DNA of 62,439 nt from an uncultured archaeon. GTDB lineage: Archaea; Iainarchaeota; Iainarchaeia; Iainarchaeales; 1-14-0-10-31-34. The position numbers and the translations under genes are program-made. A model generated the notes under the pieces. It made no database searches, was not told the DNA's origin, and worked only from the letters and a program-made list of their open reading frames with translations. The stretch covers positions 1-62,439 of the forward strand of contig CAZSOZ010000006.1 in NCBI GenBank assembly GCA_964608675.1, written 5' to 3'. Below are positions 26,446-35,197 of this stretch, piece after piece. Every line of letters starts with the position of its first letter. Within the stretch, counting starts at the first letter, position 1.

Positions 26446-27602
26446 ATGAAAGAAGAAATTTTTTGTTGGTCTTGTAGTTCAAAAAGAGTAATAAAGAAAG
26501 GCAAATATGTTTCGCCAAAAAAATCTTTTTGGAAGCAACAGTATAAATGTCTGAATTGTGGTTTAAGGTTTAATGACCAAACTAAGCATTTAATTGATTA
26601 TGAAACTTTACCTTTTCAGTATAAATCTAAGCCTGTGCCACAGCAAGATTGGAGTGCTTATTCTAAGGCTCAAATGCAAGAAAAATTAATGTTAATGGAT
26701 TTAGTTTCAGAATTAAACGACTTAATTAAAATAAATGAAAGTAAAACTGTTGGAAGAAATAAGTTTAACTTGAAGGATATTGTTTTTTGTTTGACTTTGA
26801 AATCTTATACTAAACTGTCAAGCAGAAGGTTAGCTTCTGATTTAGAGTTAGCTAAACACAAAGGTTTCATTTCTTCTGTTCCTCATTTTACTACTTTAAT
26901 GAATTATTTAGATGACAAAAGATTAACTCCTTTGTTTTTTGAATTAATTCGGTTGTCGGCTTTGCCTTTGAAACAAGCGGAAACCGATTTTGCAATAGAC
27001 AGTTCAGGTTTTAGTGTTAATCAGTTCGGCAGATGGTTAGATTACAAGTTTAACGGAGACACAAGATACAGAAAATGGATTAAGGCTCATATAATGACTG
27101 GGGTTAAATCTAACATTATTACTTCGGTTGAAATTTCTGACGGACACGCAGGAGACTCGCCAAGATTTATTCCTTTAGTGAATAAAACTAAAATTGATTT
27201 TTCAATCAAAGAAGTCAGTGCAGATAAAGCTTATTCAAGCAAGCAAATCAAAAGGCGGTTATTGAAGCAGGCGGAATGCCTTATATTCCATACAAAAGAG
27301 ATAGAAAAATTAAAAGAAAAGGCTTAACCATCTGGAATAAGTTATACTGGTATTTCAAAAACAAGCCTCAGGAATGGGGCGAACATTATCATAAGCGTTC
27401 TAATGTTGAAACCTGCTTTCATATGATTAAAACCAAATTCGGGAAAGAACTAATGACCAAAAACGAAATAGCAAATAGAAATGAATTATTATTGAAAATA
27501 TTTTGCCATAACTTATGCTGTTTGATTCAAGAATATTTTGAAAATCAATTAGATATTAATTTATCTACACAAATCCCGAAAATAGCAATTCCAATAAAAT
27601 AA
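26446..27602 (+). pseudogene. zinc-ribbon DDE transposase (IS4/IS5-like fold) split by a frameshift near 27242
   Basis: CWSC/CLNC; AIDSSG, SADKAY, then in another frame ANQKAVIEAGGMPYIP...YHKRSNVETCF. Confidence 0.9.
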
Positions 27603-27623
27603 GCCCTAATTATCTACAAGTCT

Positions 27624-27632
27624 GCATGTAAA
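27624..27632 (+). repeat. 9-bp target site duplication, right
   Basis: gcatgtaaa. Confidence 0.92.
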
Positions 27633-27834
27633 GACCTTGTTTAAAAACTTAGTACTTGATTGAAATTTTGCCTATTTTTTGTACCTGTGTGCAAAAACTG
27701 GTTTCTATATTAAATTTGTAATATGCTTTAATCAAGCAGTAAATGTTGTGGCATAAAATCTTACAGAGCATTTCATTAAAGTTTGCTGTAAGGTTTTTTG
27801 TCATTAAAGAATCACCAAACTTCTGCTTAATCAT
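27633..27834 (-). mobile_element. remnant end of a related transposon (transposase C-terminus plus probable TIR)
   Basis: MIKQKFGDSLMTKNLTANFNEMLCKILCHNI aligns with MIKTKFGKELMTKNEIANRNELLLKIFCHNL; end gaccttgt resembles nnncttgt TIR starts. Confidence 0.85.
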
Positions 27835-27900
27835 CAGGTTTTCTGAAAAGTTAACTTTAAATTCTCTCTTTCTACATAATATAAAGGGAGTTGGCTTAAA

Positions 27901-28728
27901 ATGAAAGGGAAAAGCACGCAAGAGCTGATTATCGAAATTTTAAGCAATGAATGGCCGTTAACAACAAAACAAATTTTCAATAAACTGAAAAGAAATTACG
28001 GCACAAACATTTCTTACCAAGCCGTTCACAAGCACTTGAAAGAAATGATTGAAGAAAAAACATTGACAAAAAACGAAAAAGAGTTTATGCTGAGTTATTC
28101 TTGGGTAAAAAAAACCTCTGATTATGGAAAGAAACTTGAAACCTTATTAAAAGAAACGAAAAGAGAAAGTGGATCTACTCTAATAATACTAAATTCTTTA
28201 GTGGAAGCAGGCAAATTTGTTGTAAACGATTTTTTAGGAACGGCTCCAGAAAAGCATTTCAATCCAGAAAACAAAGATAGTGTTTGTTTATTTAATCACG
28301 CTTGGCCAATAATTGGAGCCTCACAAGAGGATCATGAAAGAATGAAAAAAATATTGAGTGAAACTACTCACTACAATATTTGTGCACACAGCACTTTTTT
28401 GGATAGAATAACCTGCGATTATGTTGAAAAACTGGGAAAAAAGGTTGCTCTAAACAAAAAATTTTCTGCAAAGATTGACACTTTTGTTGAAGGAGACTAT
28501 ATCATGCAAGCATATCCTCCCAGAGAACTTGAAAATGAAATGGACAGACTTTACAAGAAAGTTAAAACCGAAAAAGATTTTGACATGAAAGAAATGTTTG
28601 AATTTGGATCAAAAAACTACGAAATAAAAATAATAATCTTCAAAAACCAGAAACTGGCAGACTCCTTGAGAGAAGAAGCAAAAAAACTTTATTTTGAAAC
28701 CCAAAAAGAAAAAAAAGGGAAAAAATGA
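27901..28728 (+). CDS. winged-helix protein with uncharacterised C-terminal domain
   Basis: IIEILSNEWPLTTKQIFNKL...ISYQAVHKHL. Confidence 0.75.
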   Translation: MKGKSTQELIIEILSNEWPLTTKQIFNKLKRNYGTNISYQAVHKHLKEMIEEKTLTKNEKEFMLSYSWVKKTSDYGKKLETLLKETKRESGSTLIILNSLVEAGKFVVNDFLGTAPEKHFNPENKDSVCLFNHAWPIIGASQEDHERMKKILSETTHYNICAHSTFLDRITCDYVEKLGKKVALNKKFSAKIDTFVEGDYIMQAYPPRELENEMDRLYKKVKTEKDFDMKEMFEFGSKNYEIKIIIFKNQKLADSLREEAKKLYFETQKEKKGKK

Positions 28729-29534
28729 CTAAAGAAGAAAGCGTCAGAAACAAAATCATTGAAATTTTAAGTGAAAACTGGCCATTAAAAGGAAAACAAA
28801 TTCACAACAAACTTCAAAGAGGTTATGAGGTTTCTGTTTCCTATCAAGCGGTTCACAAGCAATTAAAGCAAATGCTAGAAGAAAAAATTTTATTAAAAAA
28901 TAAATCAGGCTATTGCATTAATGAAGAATGGATTGAAAAAATCCAGAAAAACACTGAGTTAATGGCAGAAAAAATCAAAGGAAATGTAAAAGAAATAAAT
29001 TTAATTGAAATGAATGAAGGGGAATCAATTAACCTGTCATTTAATGGAATACTGGATTTAGGCTGGTTTTTGATTGACAAAATAATGAAAACCCCAAATC
29101 CTGAAAAGAAACCTGGTTTAGCTTTATGGAGATTTTGTTATTCTTTAGCAGGATTAGATGAAAAACATTTAACTGGATTTAAAGAAGCATGCGAAATGAA
29201 TGAATGGCATATGTTTGTAGAAGAAGAAAATGAAGCAGACAAAATGTTTGGGATAACCCTAAAAGAATATGGAACAAAAGAAGTTAAATTTGGAGTAAAA
29301 GACTGTGCAACAAAACTAAGTGATAAAATGATTTTAGGAGATTATATAACAGAAATAATTTACCCTAAAGGATTCAGAAAACTATGGGAAATACAGAACA
29401 GGCTTCCAAAAAAACTCGCAAAATTCAATTTAGGAAAACACATTCAATTAATGAGAATACCGCAGCCAAAAATAACAGTTATAGTAACAAAAAACAAAAG
29501 ATTAGCAGAAGAATACAGAAGAGAATATTTGTAA
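28725..29534 (+). CDS. winged-helix protein, tandem paralog
   Basis: IIEILSENWPLKGKQIHNKL...VSYQAVHKQL; ATGA overlap. Confidence 0.75.
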   Translation: MTKEESVRNKIIEILSENWPLKGKQIHNKLQRGYEVSVSYQAVHKQLKQMLEEKILLKNKSGYCINEEWIEKIQKNTELMAEKIKGNVKEINLIEMNEGESINLSFNGILDLGWFLIDKIMKTPNPEKKPGLALWRFCYSLAGLDEKHLTGFKEACEMNEWHMFVEEENEADKMFGITLKEYGTKEVKFGVKDCATKLSDKMILGDYITEIIYPKGFRKLWEIQNRLPKKLAKFNLGKHIQLMRIPQPKITVIVTKNKRLAEEYRREYL

Positions 29535-29615
29535 AAAATAATCAACTTTTTAGTTGCATAAATATAAACCTAACAAATATAACTGTGTAAAAAGACTATT
29601 TTTTAAGGGGGTTTA

Positions 29616-29813
29616 ATGTTTTGCGAACCTAAGCATGTAATTGAAGTGAATCATTCATGGATCAATAAAAAAGCTGGAATAAAACACAATATTTCAACTT
29701 TGTGGCGTTCTAAAGCATATTCAAACAAAAGAAGTGCTTTAAGAGAAGCTAAAAAAATATTAAATCAAATAGAAAAAACCAAAAAACCTAAAATAAATTC
29801 TTTCGTCTTTTGA
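29616..29813 (+). CDS. small hypothetical protein
   Basis: 65 aa, GGGGG SD-like motif upstream. Confidence 0.45.
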   Translation: MFCEPKHVIEVNHSWINKKAGIKHNISTLWRSKAYSNKRSALREAKKILNQIEKTKKPKINSFVF

Positions 29814-30813
29814 TGTTGCTTATTTTTCTGGATTTTTCGAATTTTGTTTCCAATCTGTCTAATAATCCTCTACAGTTGTTTTTGTATTCTGTTAATGGAG
29901 TTTTTGAATCAGAGTTTAATGCTTGAGCACAAAATTTTCCGCTTAACAATGCAAAGCTTATTCCTTCTGCACTGCTTGGGCTGATTAATCCTGCTGCTTC
30001 ACCACAAACAAAAATATGGTCTGTTCCTAAAAAGATGTCTCCAATGGATTTTGGCCTTAAAACCACTGCTGAATTTATTTCTCCACTTCCTTTTATTCCA
30101 AACTTTTCTTCAACTTTTTTCTTAAACAACTTAAACTTTTCTTTTGAGTTAACAGGAGAAACTGCCACTCCTACTTCAACTAGATTTCCTTTTGGTATAA
30201 CCCACCCATAAAAATCTGTTATTTCTGAATCAAAAATAAAGTAAGCTCTATCCAATTTGTTTCCTGGAATCAGTTCTTGTATTGCAACATAGTAATCAAT
30301 TTCTTTTGGAAAAAGTTTTCTTCTGACATTTGATAATGCTCCGTCACATGCAACCAAATACTTTGTTATAATAGATTTTGTTTCACACCCATTTTCTAGC
30401 ATTAAAACAAGAAACTCTTTGTTTTTTGTGTGAAAGAAATCAACTAATTTAGTGCTTTCAGAAAAAGTCACATTTTCTTTTTTTGTTTTTGAAAACAGCC
30501 AATTATCTAATTCTTTTCTGTTTGTATTAATGAAGTGCTTTTCAACAGGGTTTTCTTTTTTTTGATCCCAATCCTGATAAGTTAAATTTAATTCAACTGG
30601 ATCAGATAAAACTTCTTTTGGAAGCTTTACATCAGCAAAATAGCTTTTTGAATTATTAACTAAAACTCCGCTGCAAGCTTTAAATCTGGGAAACTTTCTT
30701 TGGTCCACTAATAAAACTCTATACTTGTCTGAAATGTTGTTTACAAAAGAGCATCCGGCTGCACCTGCCCCAACAACCACCACATCATAACCTAGCTTCA
30801 AATTATTCTCCAT
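29788..30813 (-). CDS. geranylgeranyl-reductase-family flavoprotein (CbrA-like)
   Basis: VVGAGAAG, KACSG, ACDGALS, YGWVIPK, GEAAGLISPSSAEGISFAL. Confidence 0.85.
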   Translation of the reverse strand: MENNLKLGYDVVVVGAGAAGCSFVNNISDKYRVLLVDQRKFPRFKACSGVLVNNSKSYFADVKLPKEVLSDPVELNLTYQDWDQKKENPVEKHFINTNRKELDNWLFSKTKKENVTFSESTKLVDFFHTKNKEFLVLMLENGCETKSIITKYLVACDGALSNVRRKLFPKEIDYYVAIQELIPGNKLDRAYFIFDSEITDFYGWVIPKGNLVEVGVAVSPVNSKEKFKLFKKKVEEKFGIKGSGEINSAVVLRPKSIGDIFLGTDHIFVCGEAAGLISPSSAEGISFALLSGKFCAQALNSDSKTPLTEYKNNCRGLLDRLETKFEKSRKISNIKRRKNLF

Positions 30814-30921
30814 TTTAATCCTCTAATTAAAAACAGAATCACGGTTTTTAAGGCTATCCTATTTATTAATCAAAGAATTAGGCAAAATATATTTATAGTT
30901 CATTAATGCTTGTTATAATAT

Positions 30922-31602
30922 ATGTTTCCAAAACATGTGCTAATAATTCCTGATGGAAATAGGCGATGGGCAAAAAAAAATAGAAAAAGTTTTGATAGCA
31001 CATATAGATATGCACTTTCAACAATCACTACAAGGTTAATAGAATATATTTTAACCAAAACTGAAACTAATATTTTATCTATTTATATTATTTCAAAAAA
31101 AAATATAGAAAAAAGAGAAAAAAAAGAAGTTAAACCAATATTGGATAACGAAATCAAAGTATTTAAAAAGTGGGGGAATAACAAAAATTTTGTTAAACAT
31201 AAAATAAAATTTAAATTTATAGGGGATTTAAATCTCTTTCCAAAAAATTACGTTAAAGCTGCTAAAAAATTAGAAACTTCTACCAAATCCAATAAAAAAA
31301 AGTTGTGTAATCTATTGGCAGGATATGATGCGGAAACAGAACTTATTGAAATAATAAATAAAATAATGCAAACAAAAAGGAAAACAAAAATTAAAAAAAT
31401 AATGCCAAAATTCGGAATTAAAGAACCAATAGACTTATTGATAAGAACCGGTGGAGAACAGAGGCTTTCTGGGGCCCCACTAATCCAAATTTCTTATTCT
31501 GAATTATTCTTTACAAAAAAATTGTATCCAGATTTGAGCCCAAAAATAATTAAACAAATTTTTAAAAAATTCGAAAAGATAGAAAGGAGATATGGAAAAT
31601 AA
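30922..31602 (+). CDS. uppS: cis-prenyltransferase (UppS family), divergent
   Basis: HVLIIPDGNRRWA, DLLIRTGGEQRLSG, ERRYGK. Confidence 0.85.
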   Translation: MFPKHVLIIPDGNRRWAKKNRKSFDSTYRYALSTITTRLIEYILTKTETNILSIYIISKKNIEKREKKEVKPILDNEIKVFKKWGNNKNFVKHKIKFKFIGDLNLFPKNYVKAAKKLETSTKSNKKKLCNLLAGYDAETELIEIINKIMQTKRKTKIKKIMPKFGIKEPIDLLIRTGGEQRLSGAPLIQISYSELFFTKKLYPDLSPKIIKQIFKKFEKIERRYGK

Positions 31603-31629
31603 AAACTAAAATTTAATCAGGAAAAGCTT

Positions 31630-32493
31630 ATGACAAAAGTTGCCTTAAAAGACTTAGTAGAACTGACTGTGCCACAAAACTTACTAATTTCAATTATAAG
31701 CCCAATTGTTATTTATGTTATATTAAACTTAAAATTTCCTGGTTTTGAAATAGTTCCTATTTTAATTTCACTATCTTTTGCTGTTTTAGGATTTAATTCA
31801 TTTAATATGATATATGATATAGAATCTGACAAAATTGATAAGCCAAATAGACCTTTGCCAAGTGGAAGAGTCAGCAAAAAACAAGTGTACAAAATAACTA
31901 AACTGTGCTTCTTTATATCTTTTTTAGTTGCCTTATTTACTAATATTAGTTATGTAATCGTCTTATTGGTGTTTATTATAATTTCTTATCTTTATAGCGC
32001 ACCTTTAATAAGAATAAAAAAGTATTTGTGGGCAACCTCTTTCACCGGGGCGTTCCAATACGCAATCATCCCCTTTCTTTCTGCAATGAGTTTATCCCCA
32101 AGTAACTTTTCTTGGATTTTTTTTATTTATTTTATAAATACTTTTTTATTTATCTCAAATGTTAAAGACATCGAAGATATTGAAGGAGAAAAAAAAAATA
32201 AAATCAATTCAATCCCTATAAAATACGGAATAAAAAAAACATACTTAATAGTGATTGGGGGGCCAATCATACTTAACTTATTTATGTTTATTTTTTCAAT
32301 TACAAATTTAATTAGCAAAAAATTTACCATCTCTACAATAATATCTATTATAATTTATGTGTTGATATGGCAACAAATAACTAATAAAAATATAATTTCA
32401 GAAAGAATAACCACCCAATCCAAAAGAGTTACATTAATTACAATTGGAACCGTATTATCGCAAATTTCTTATGCAGCATTAGCCATGTTCTAA
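31630..32493 (+). CDS. UbiA-family membrane prenyltransferase
   Basis: NMIYDIESDKIDKPNRPLPSG, YS.P, KDIEDIEGE. Confidence 0.92.
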   Translation: MTKVALKDLVELTVPQNLLISIISPIVIYVILNLKFPGFEIVPILISLSFAVLGFNSFNMIYDIESDKIDKPNRPLPSGRVSKKQVYKITKLCFFISFLVALFTNISYVIVLLVFIIISYLYSAPLIRIKKYLWATSFTGAFQYAIIPFLSAMSLSPSNFSWIFFIYFINTFLFISNVKDIEDIEGEKKNKINSIPIKYGIKKTYLIVIGGPIILNLFMFIFSITNLISKKFTISTIISIIIYVLIWQQITNKNIISERITTQSKRVTLITIGTVLSQISYAALAMF

Positions 32494-32494
32494 T

Positions 32495-33052
32495 TTAAGT
32501 ATAGGTCAGTTGATCACCAATTTTACTATTAGTTAAATCAAAATCTTTTTTTGGCATGATTAAGAACTCACAAATATTATCCCCCTTTGAGATACACTTT
32601 GTTTCAACTGCCTCTAAGTTGTCCTTGTAAGCATATGCCCATGCCCCACAAACCATCCCTCTAAAGAAGTGATCTACAGGTTCCAAACTTTTCCCATAAA
32701 CAGCGGCAAAACTAGAATTTTCAAGGGTTACCACTAGAGTTTTTTCAGAATCTTTTTTTTTAGTTACTTTAACTTTTCCCCAACCTGCTAAACTGATTAA
32801 ATCGGGACCCCACTTATGTATGTCTTTTATTTTTAAACCATAGTTTTTATCCATTGATTCAAACCAGGCTTTTCCATTATCCTTTGCCGCATAATAAACC
32901 AGATTTTTTAAATTATTCTTTTCTAATTCCTTTTGTATATAAACCATAAAATGAATAGGGATTATCCCCATAGAAATGTTAAAAAGAGATATTTTACCTT
33001 CTTCAAAAATCAATTTATGATGTAAAAGTAACTCTGAAAAAGTTTTAAACAT
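32495..33052 (-). CDS. V4R-domain protein
   Basis: GWGK, PVDHFFRG, ETKCISKGDNICEF. Confidence 0.88.
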   Translation of the reverse strand: MFKTFSELLLHHKLIFEEGKISLFNISMGIIPIHFMVYIQKELEKNNLKNLVYYAAKDNGKAWFESMDKNYGLKIKDIHKWGPDLISLAGWGKVKVTKKKDSEKTLVVTLENSSFAAVYGKSLEPVDHFFRGMVCGAWAYAYKDNLEAVETKCISKGDNICEFLIMPKKDFDLTNSKIGDQLTYT

Positions 33053-33060
33053 ATTCTCAC

Positions 33061-33816
33061 TTATTTAAATATTTCTTCCTTCTTAATAACTATTCCTTTA
33101 TTCTCTATTTCATACATTATATAATCTTTCTGGTGTCCAGTATACCTCATTTTCCTTATACTCATTGATCTAAACTCAGCACTTCCAACCCCAAGATTAT
33201 GCAACAAAAAAACCCCATCACAAATAAATTCTGAGAGTCCGTCTGCGCTTAGTTCTTTCCCTTCTTCTGACAATTCGGTTGTTAAGAGTGCGGTCGCATC
33301 AAAGTTTTTTAGTTCGCTTACAAGGGCTGTGAGAATTTTTTTGCTCATTAGTTTTTCTGAGAAAAACTGAGGGATGACAGTGTTCTGAATGTTTGTAACA
33401 CTCCAGGATTGCTTGGAGTAATCTGTTACAGCCATGTAATCAGACATAGTTGACATTGAATCAATTACAAGCCTTTTGGGTTTAAAATTTTTGATGGCTT
33501 CACGGGTTCTTTCAAGGAAATTATTTTCTTTGATTATGTCAATGTAAATAATTTTTAATAAACCTTTTTCTTCTAGTTCCCAGATATTCCATCCATATTG
33601 TTCTGCCTGCCTTTTTAGTTCGCCTTCACTTTGTTCAGTGGAAATATATAAACCGCGTTCCTTGAACATTTTTGCACCATTATGCAAGTACTGCATGCAT
33701 AAAGTGCTTTTTCCTGTTCCGGCTCCACCAGAAACTAACACTAAGTTTTTGGCTGGAATGCCTCCATTCAAAGCTTTATCCAATCCTTCAATTCCAGTTT
33801 TAATTCTTTCAACCAT
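33061..33816 (-). CDS. single-domain KaiC/RAD55-family ATPase
   Basis: RIKTGIEGLD, GGAGTGKS, VIDS, IRKMR. Confidence 0.92.
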   Translation of the reverse strand: MVERIKTGIEGLDKALNGGIPAKNLVLVSGGAGTGKSTLCMQYLHNGAKMFKERGLYISTEQSEGELKRQAEQYGWNIWELEEKGLLKIIYIDIIKENNFLERTREAIKNFKPKRLVIDSMSTMSDYMAVTDYSKQSWSVTNIQNTVIPQFFSEKLMSKKILTALVSELKNFDATALLTTELSEEGKELSADGLSEFICDGVFLLHNLGVGSAEFRSMSIRKMRYTGHQKDYIMYEIENKGIVIKKEEIFK

Positions 33817-33992
33817 TCAACCACTCTCTCAAAAAAAAAATAATAATCTATTAAATTAGGTCAAGGGAATATAAAAACTTTTAGGAACAAAAAAGCAAAA
33901 TCTTTAAAACTGACTGAAAACATTTAAATAAAGAATTACATACAAGTAAACATAACAAAAAACAATTTAACTACTATGGAGGGAAAAAAAAA

Positions 33993-35111
33993 ATGAAAAA
34001 AATTTTTTTAGGTTTAATTTTGTTTTTATTTTTAATTACATCAGCAACAGGTTTCTTAAAACCATTAAATTTACAGGAACAAACAATTGTGCCAGTGAAC
34101 GACACAAAAGGAATGTCTCAAAGTTTATGCACAGGGGAAATGAATTGGGCATTAGATGATTATGGAAATCCAATGTATTATTATAACGGAGACCCATTAA
34201 CAGAAGAAGCAGGAATCTGCAACGCACGAGTTACTCAAAGAGTGTTAAACCAGCCCATCGACCAAAACATTACAATAGAAGTTTCTCCTTTTAGCATAGG
34301 AAAATTTCTTGGAGCGACTTATCCAAACGGCCAAATAGGAATAGAAAAAGGAATTATTTGGAGAATTGGAAGATATATTACTGCAGACTTTAACTGGAAC
34401 AAAGACACCAATTACTGCTTTACAGAAAGGTTTACAACCAGATCCAGAACAGGACAATACGCTCCATTGATTGGGGGGGCTTACGACAGAGATACTGCAA
34501 AATTTAATTCCTATTTTTATAGATACGATCCTGATCCAGGACAATGGACTAACTTTGATGTAGATGGTTTTTACATGGCAGTATCAAATATAAACAAGCC
34601 TTTAATTGATTTTGAAACAGACGAAAATACTTACACTTTGCCTTATGGAGAAACTGACCTGCAAATTTTATTAACAATAACTGACGACGATTTATTATGC
34701 GGGAAACCAACTTGGGGAGGCGTGCCTTCTTCTTTTATTCCAAAATACAAAAGTCCTGAAGTATTTCAAATAAAATTTAACGGACAAGACTTGAATTCTA
34801 TTGACGAAAATAGCGGAACATTCGGAGCAGATATTATTCAAGGAACAAACCAAGGAGAATTAACAATAACTATTGACACCTCAGAATACAGTCCAGGAGA
34901 ATATGATTTTGAAATACAAGTAACAGACATTGACGGATACCATGAAAAAGGCGGAACACTAGCTTGGCCGACAGTAGAGCCTTTTATTATAGAAGCATAC
35001 GGAAACACAATAACAAAAACAATTCATTTAACAAAAGAAGGATCAGGAAACAACTGCACTCCATACTATGATAAATACACTGGCATGTGGATTGACTGTC
35101 CATCAGAATAA
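33993..35111 (+). CDS. secreted/surface protein with probable Ig-like domain
   Basis: signal peptide MKKIFLGLILFLFL; acidic, beta-rich. Confidence 0.75.
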   Translation: MKKIFLGLILFLFLITSATGFLKPLNLQEQTIVPVNDTKGMSQSLCTGEMNWALDDYGNPMYYYNGDPLTEEAGICNARVTQRVLNQPIDQNITIEVSPFSIGKFLGATYPNGQIGIEKGIIWRIGRYITADFNWNKDTNYCFTERFTTRSRTGQYAPLIGGAYDRDTAKFNSYFYRYDPDPGQWTNFDVDGFYMAVSNINKPLIDFETDENTYTLPYGETDLQILLTITDDDLLCGKPTWGGVPSSFIPKYKSPEVFQIKFNGQDLNSIDENSGTFGADIIQGTNQGELTITIDTSEYSPGEYDFEIQVTDIDGYHEKGGTLAWPTVEPFIIEAYGNTITKTIHLTKEGSGNNCTPYYDKYTGMWIDCPSE

Positions 35112-35119
35112 AAATAAAA

Positions 35120-35155
35120 AAAGCCCGCGAGGGCTTTAATTCTTTTTTTTCTTTT
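35120..35155 (+). terminator. GC hairpin with GCGA loop plus T-tract
   Basis: aaagccc-gcga-gggcttt followed by T run. Confidence 0.6.
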
Positions 35156-35197
35156 AAACCAAAAGCTTAAATTAATTAAACAAATAATAATAAAAGA

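Larger units (their letters stand above)
22892..27623 (+). mobile_element. 4732-bp cargo-carrying DDE transposon
   Basis: 20-bp TIRs (17/20) at 22892-22911 and 27604-27623; 15-bp subterminal IRs at 22925-22939 and 27555-27569; 9-bp TSD; transposase ends at right TIR. Confidence 0.93.

Noticed and set aside
22870-29574. 13-bp direct repeat atataaacctaac as boundary of a larger island
   Set aside because: Reads GGTTTATA on the minus strand, a common archaeal promoter word also seen near 26400
33061-33816. Circadian clock kaiC
   Set aside because: Single domain and no kaiA/kaiB; a generic archaeal KaiC-like ATPase
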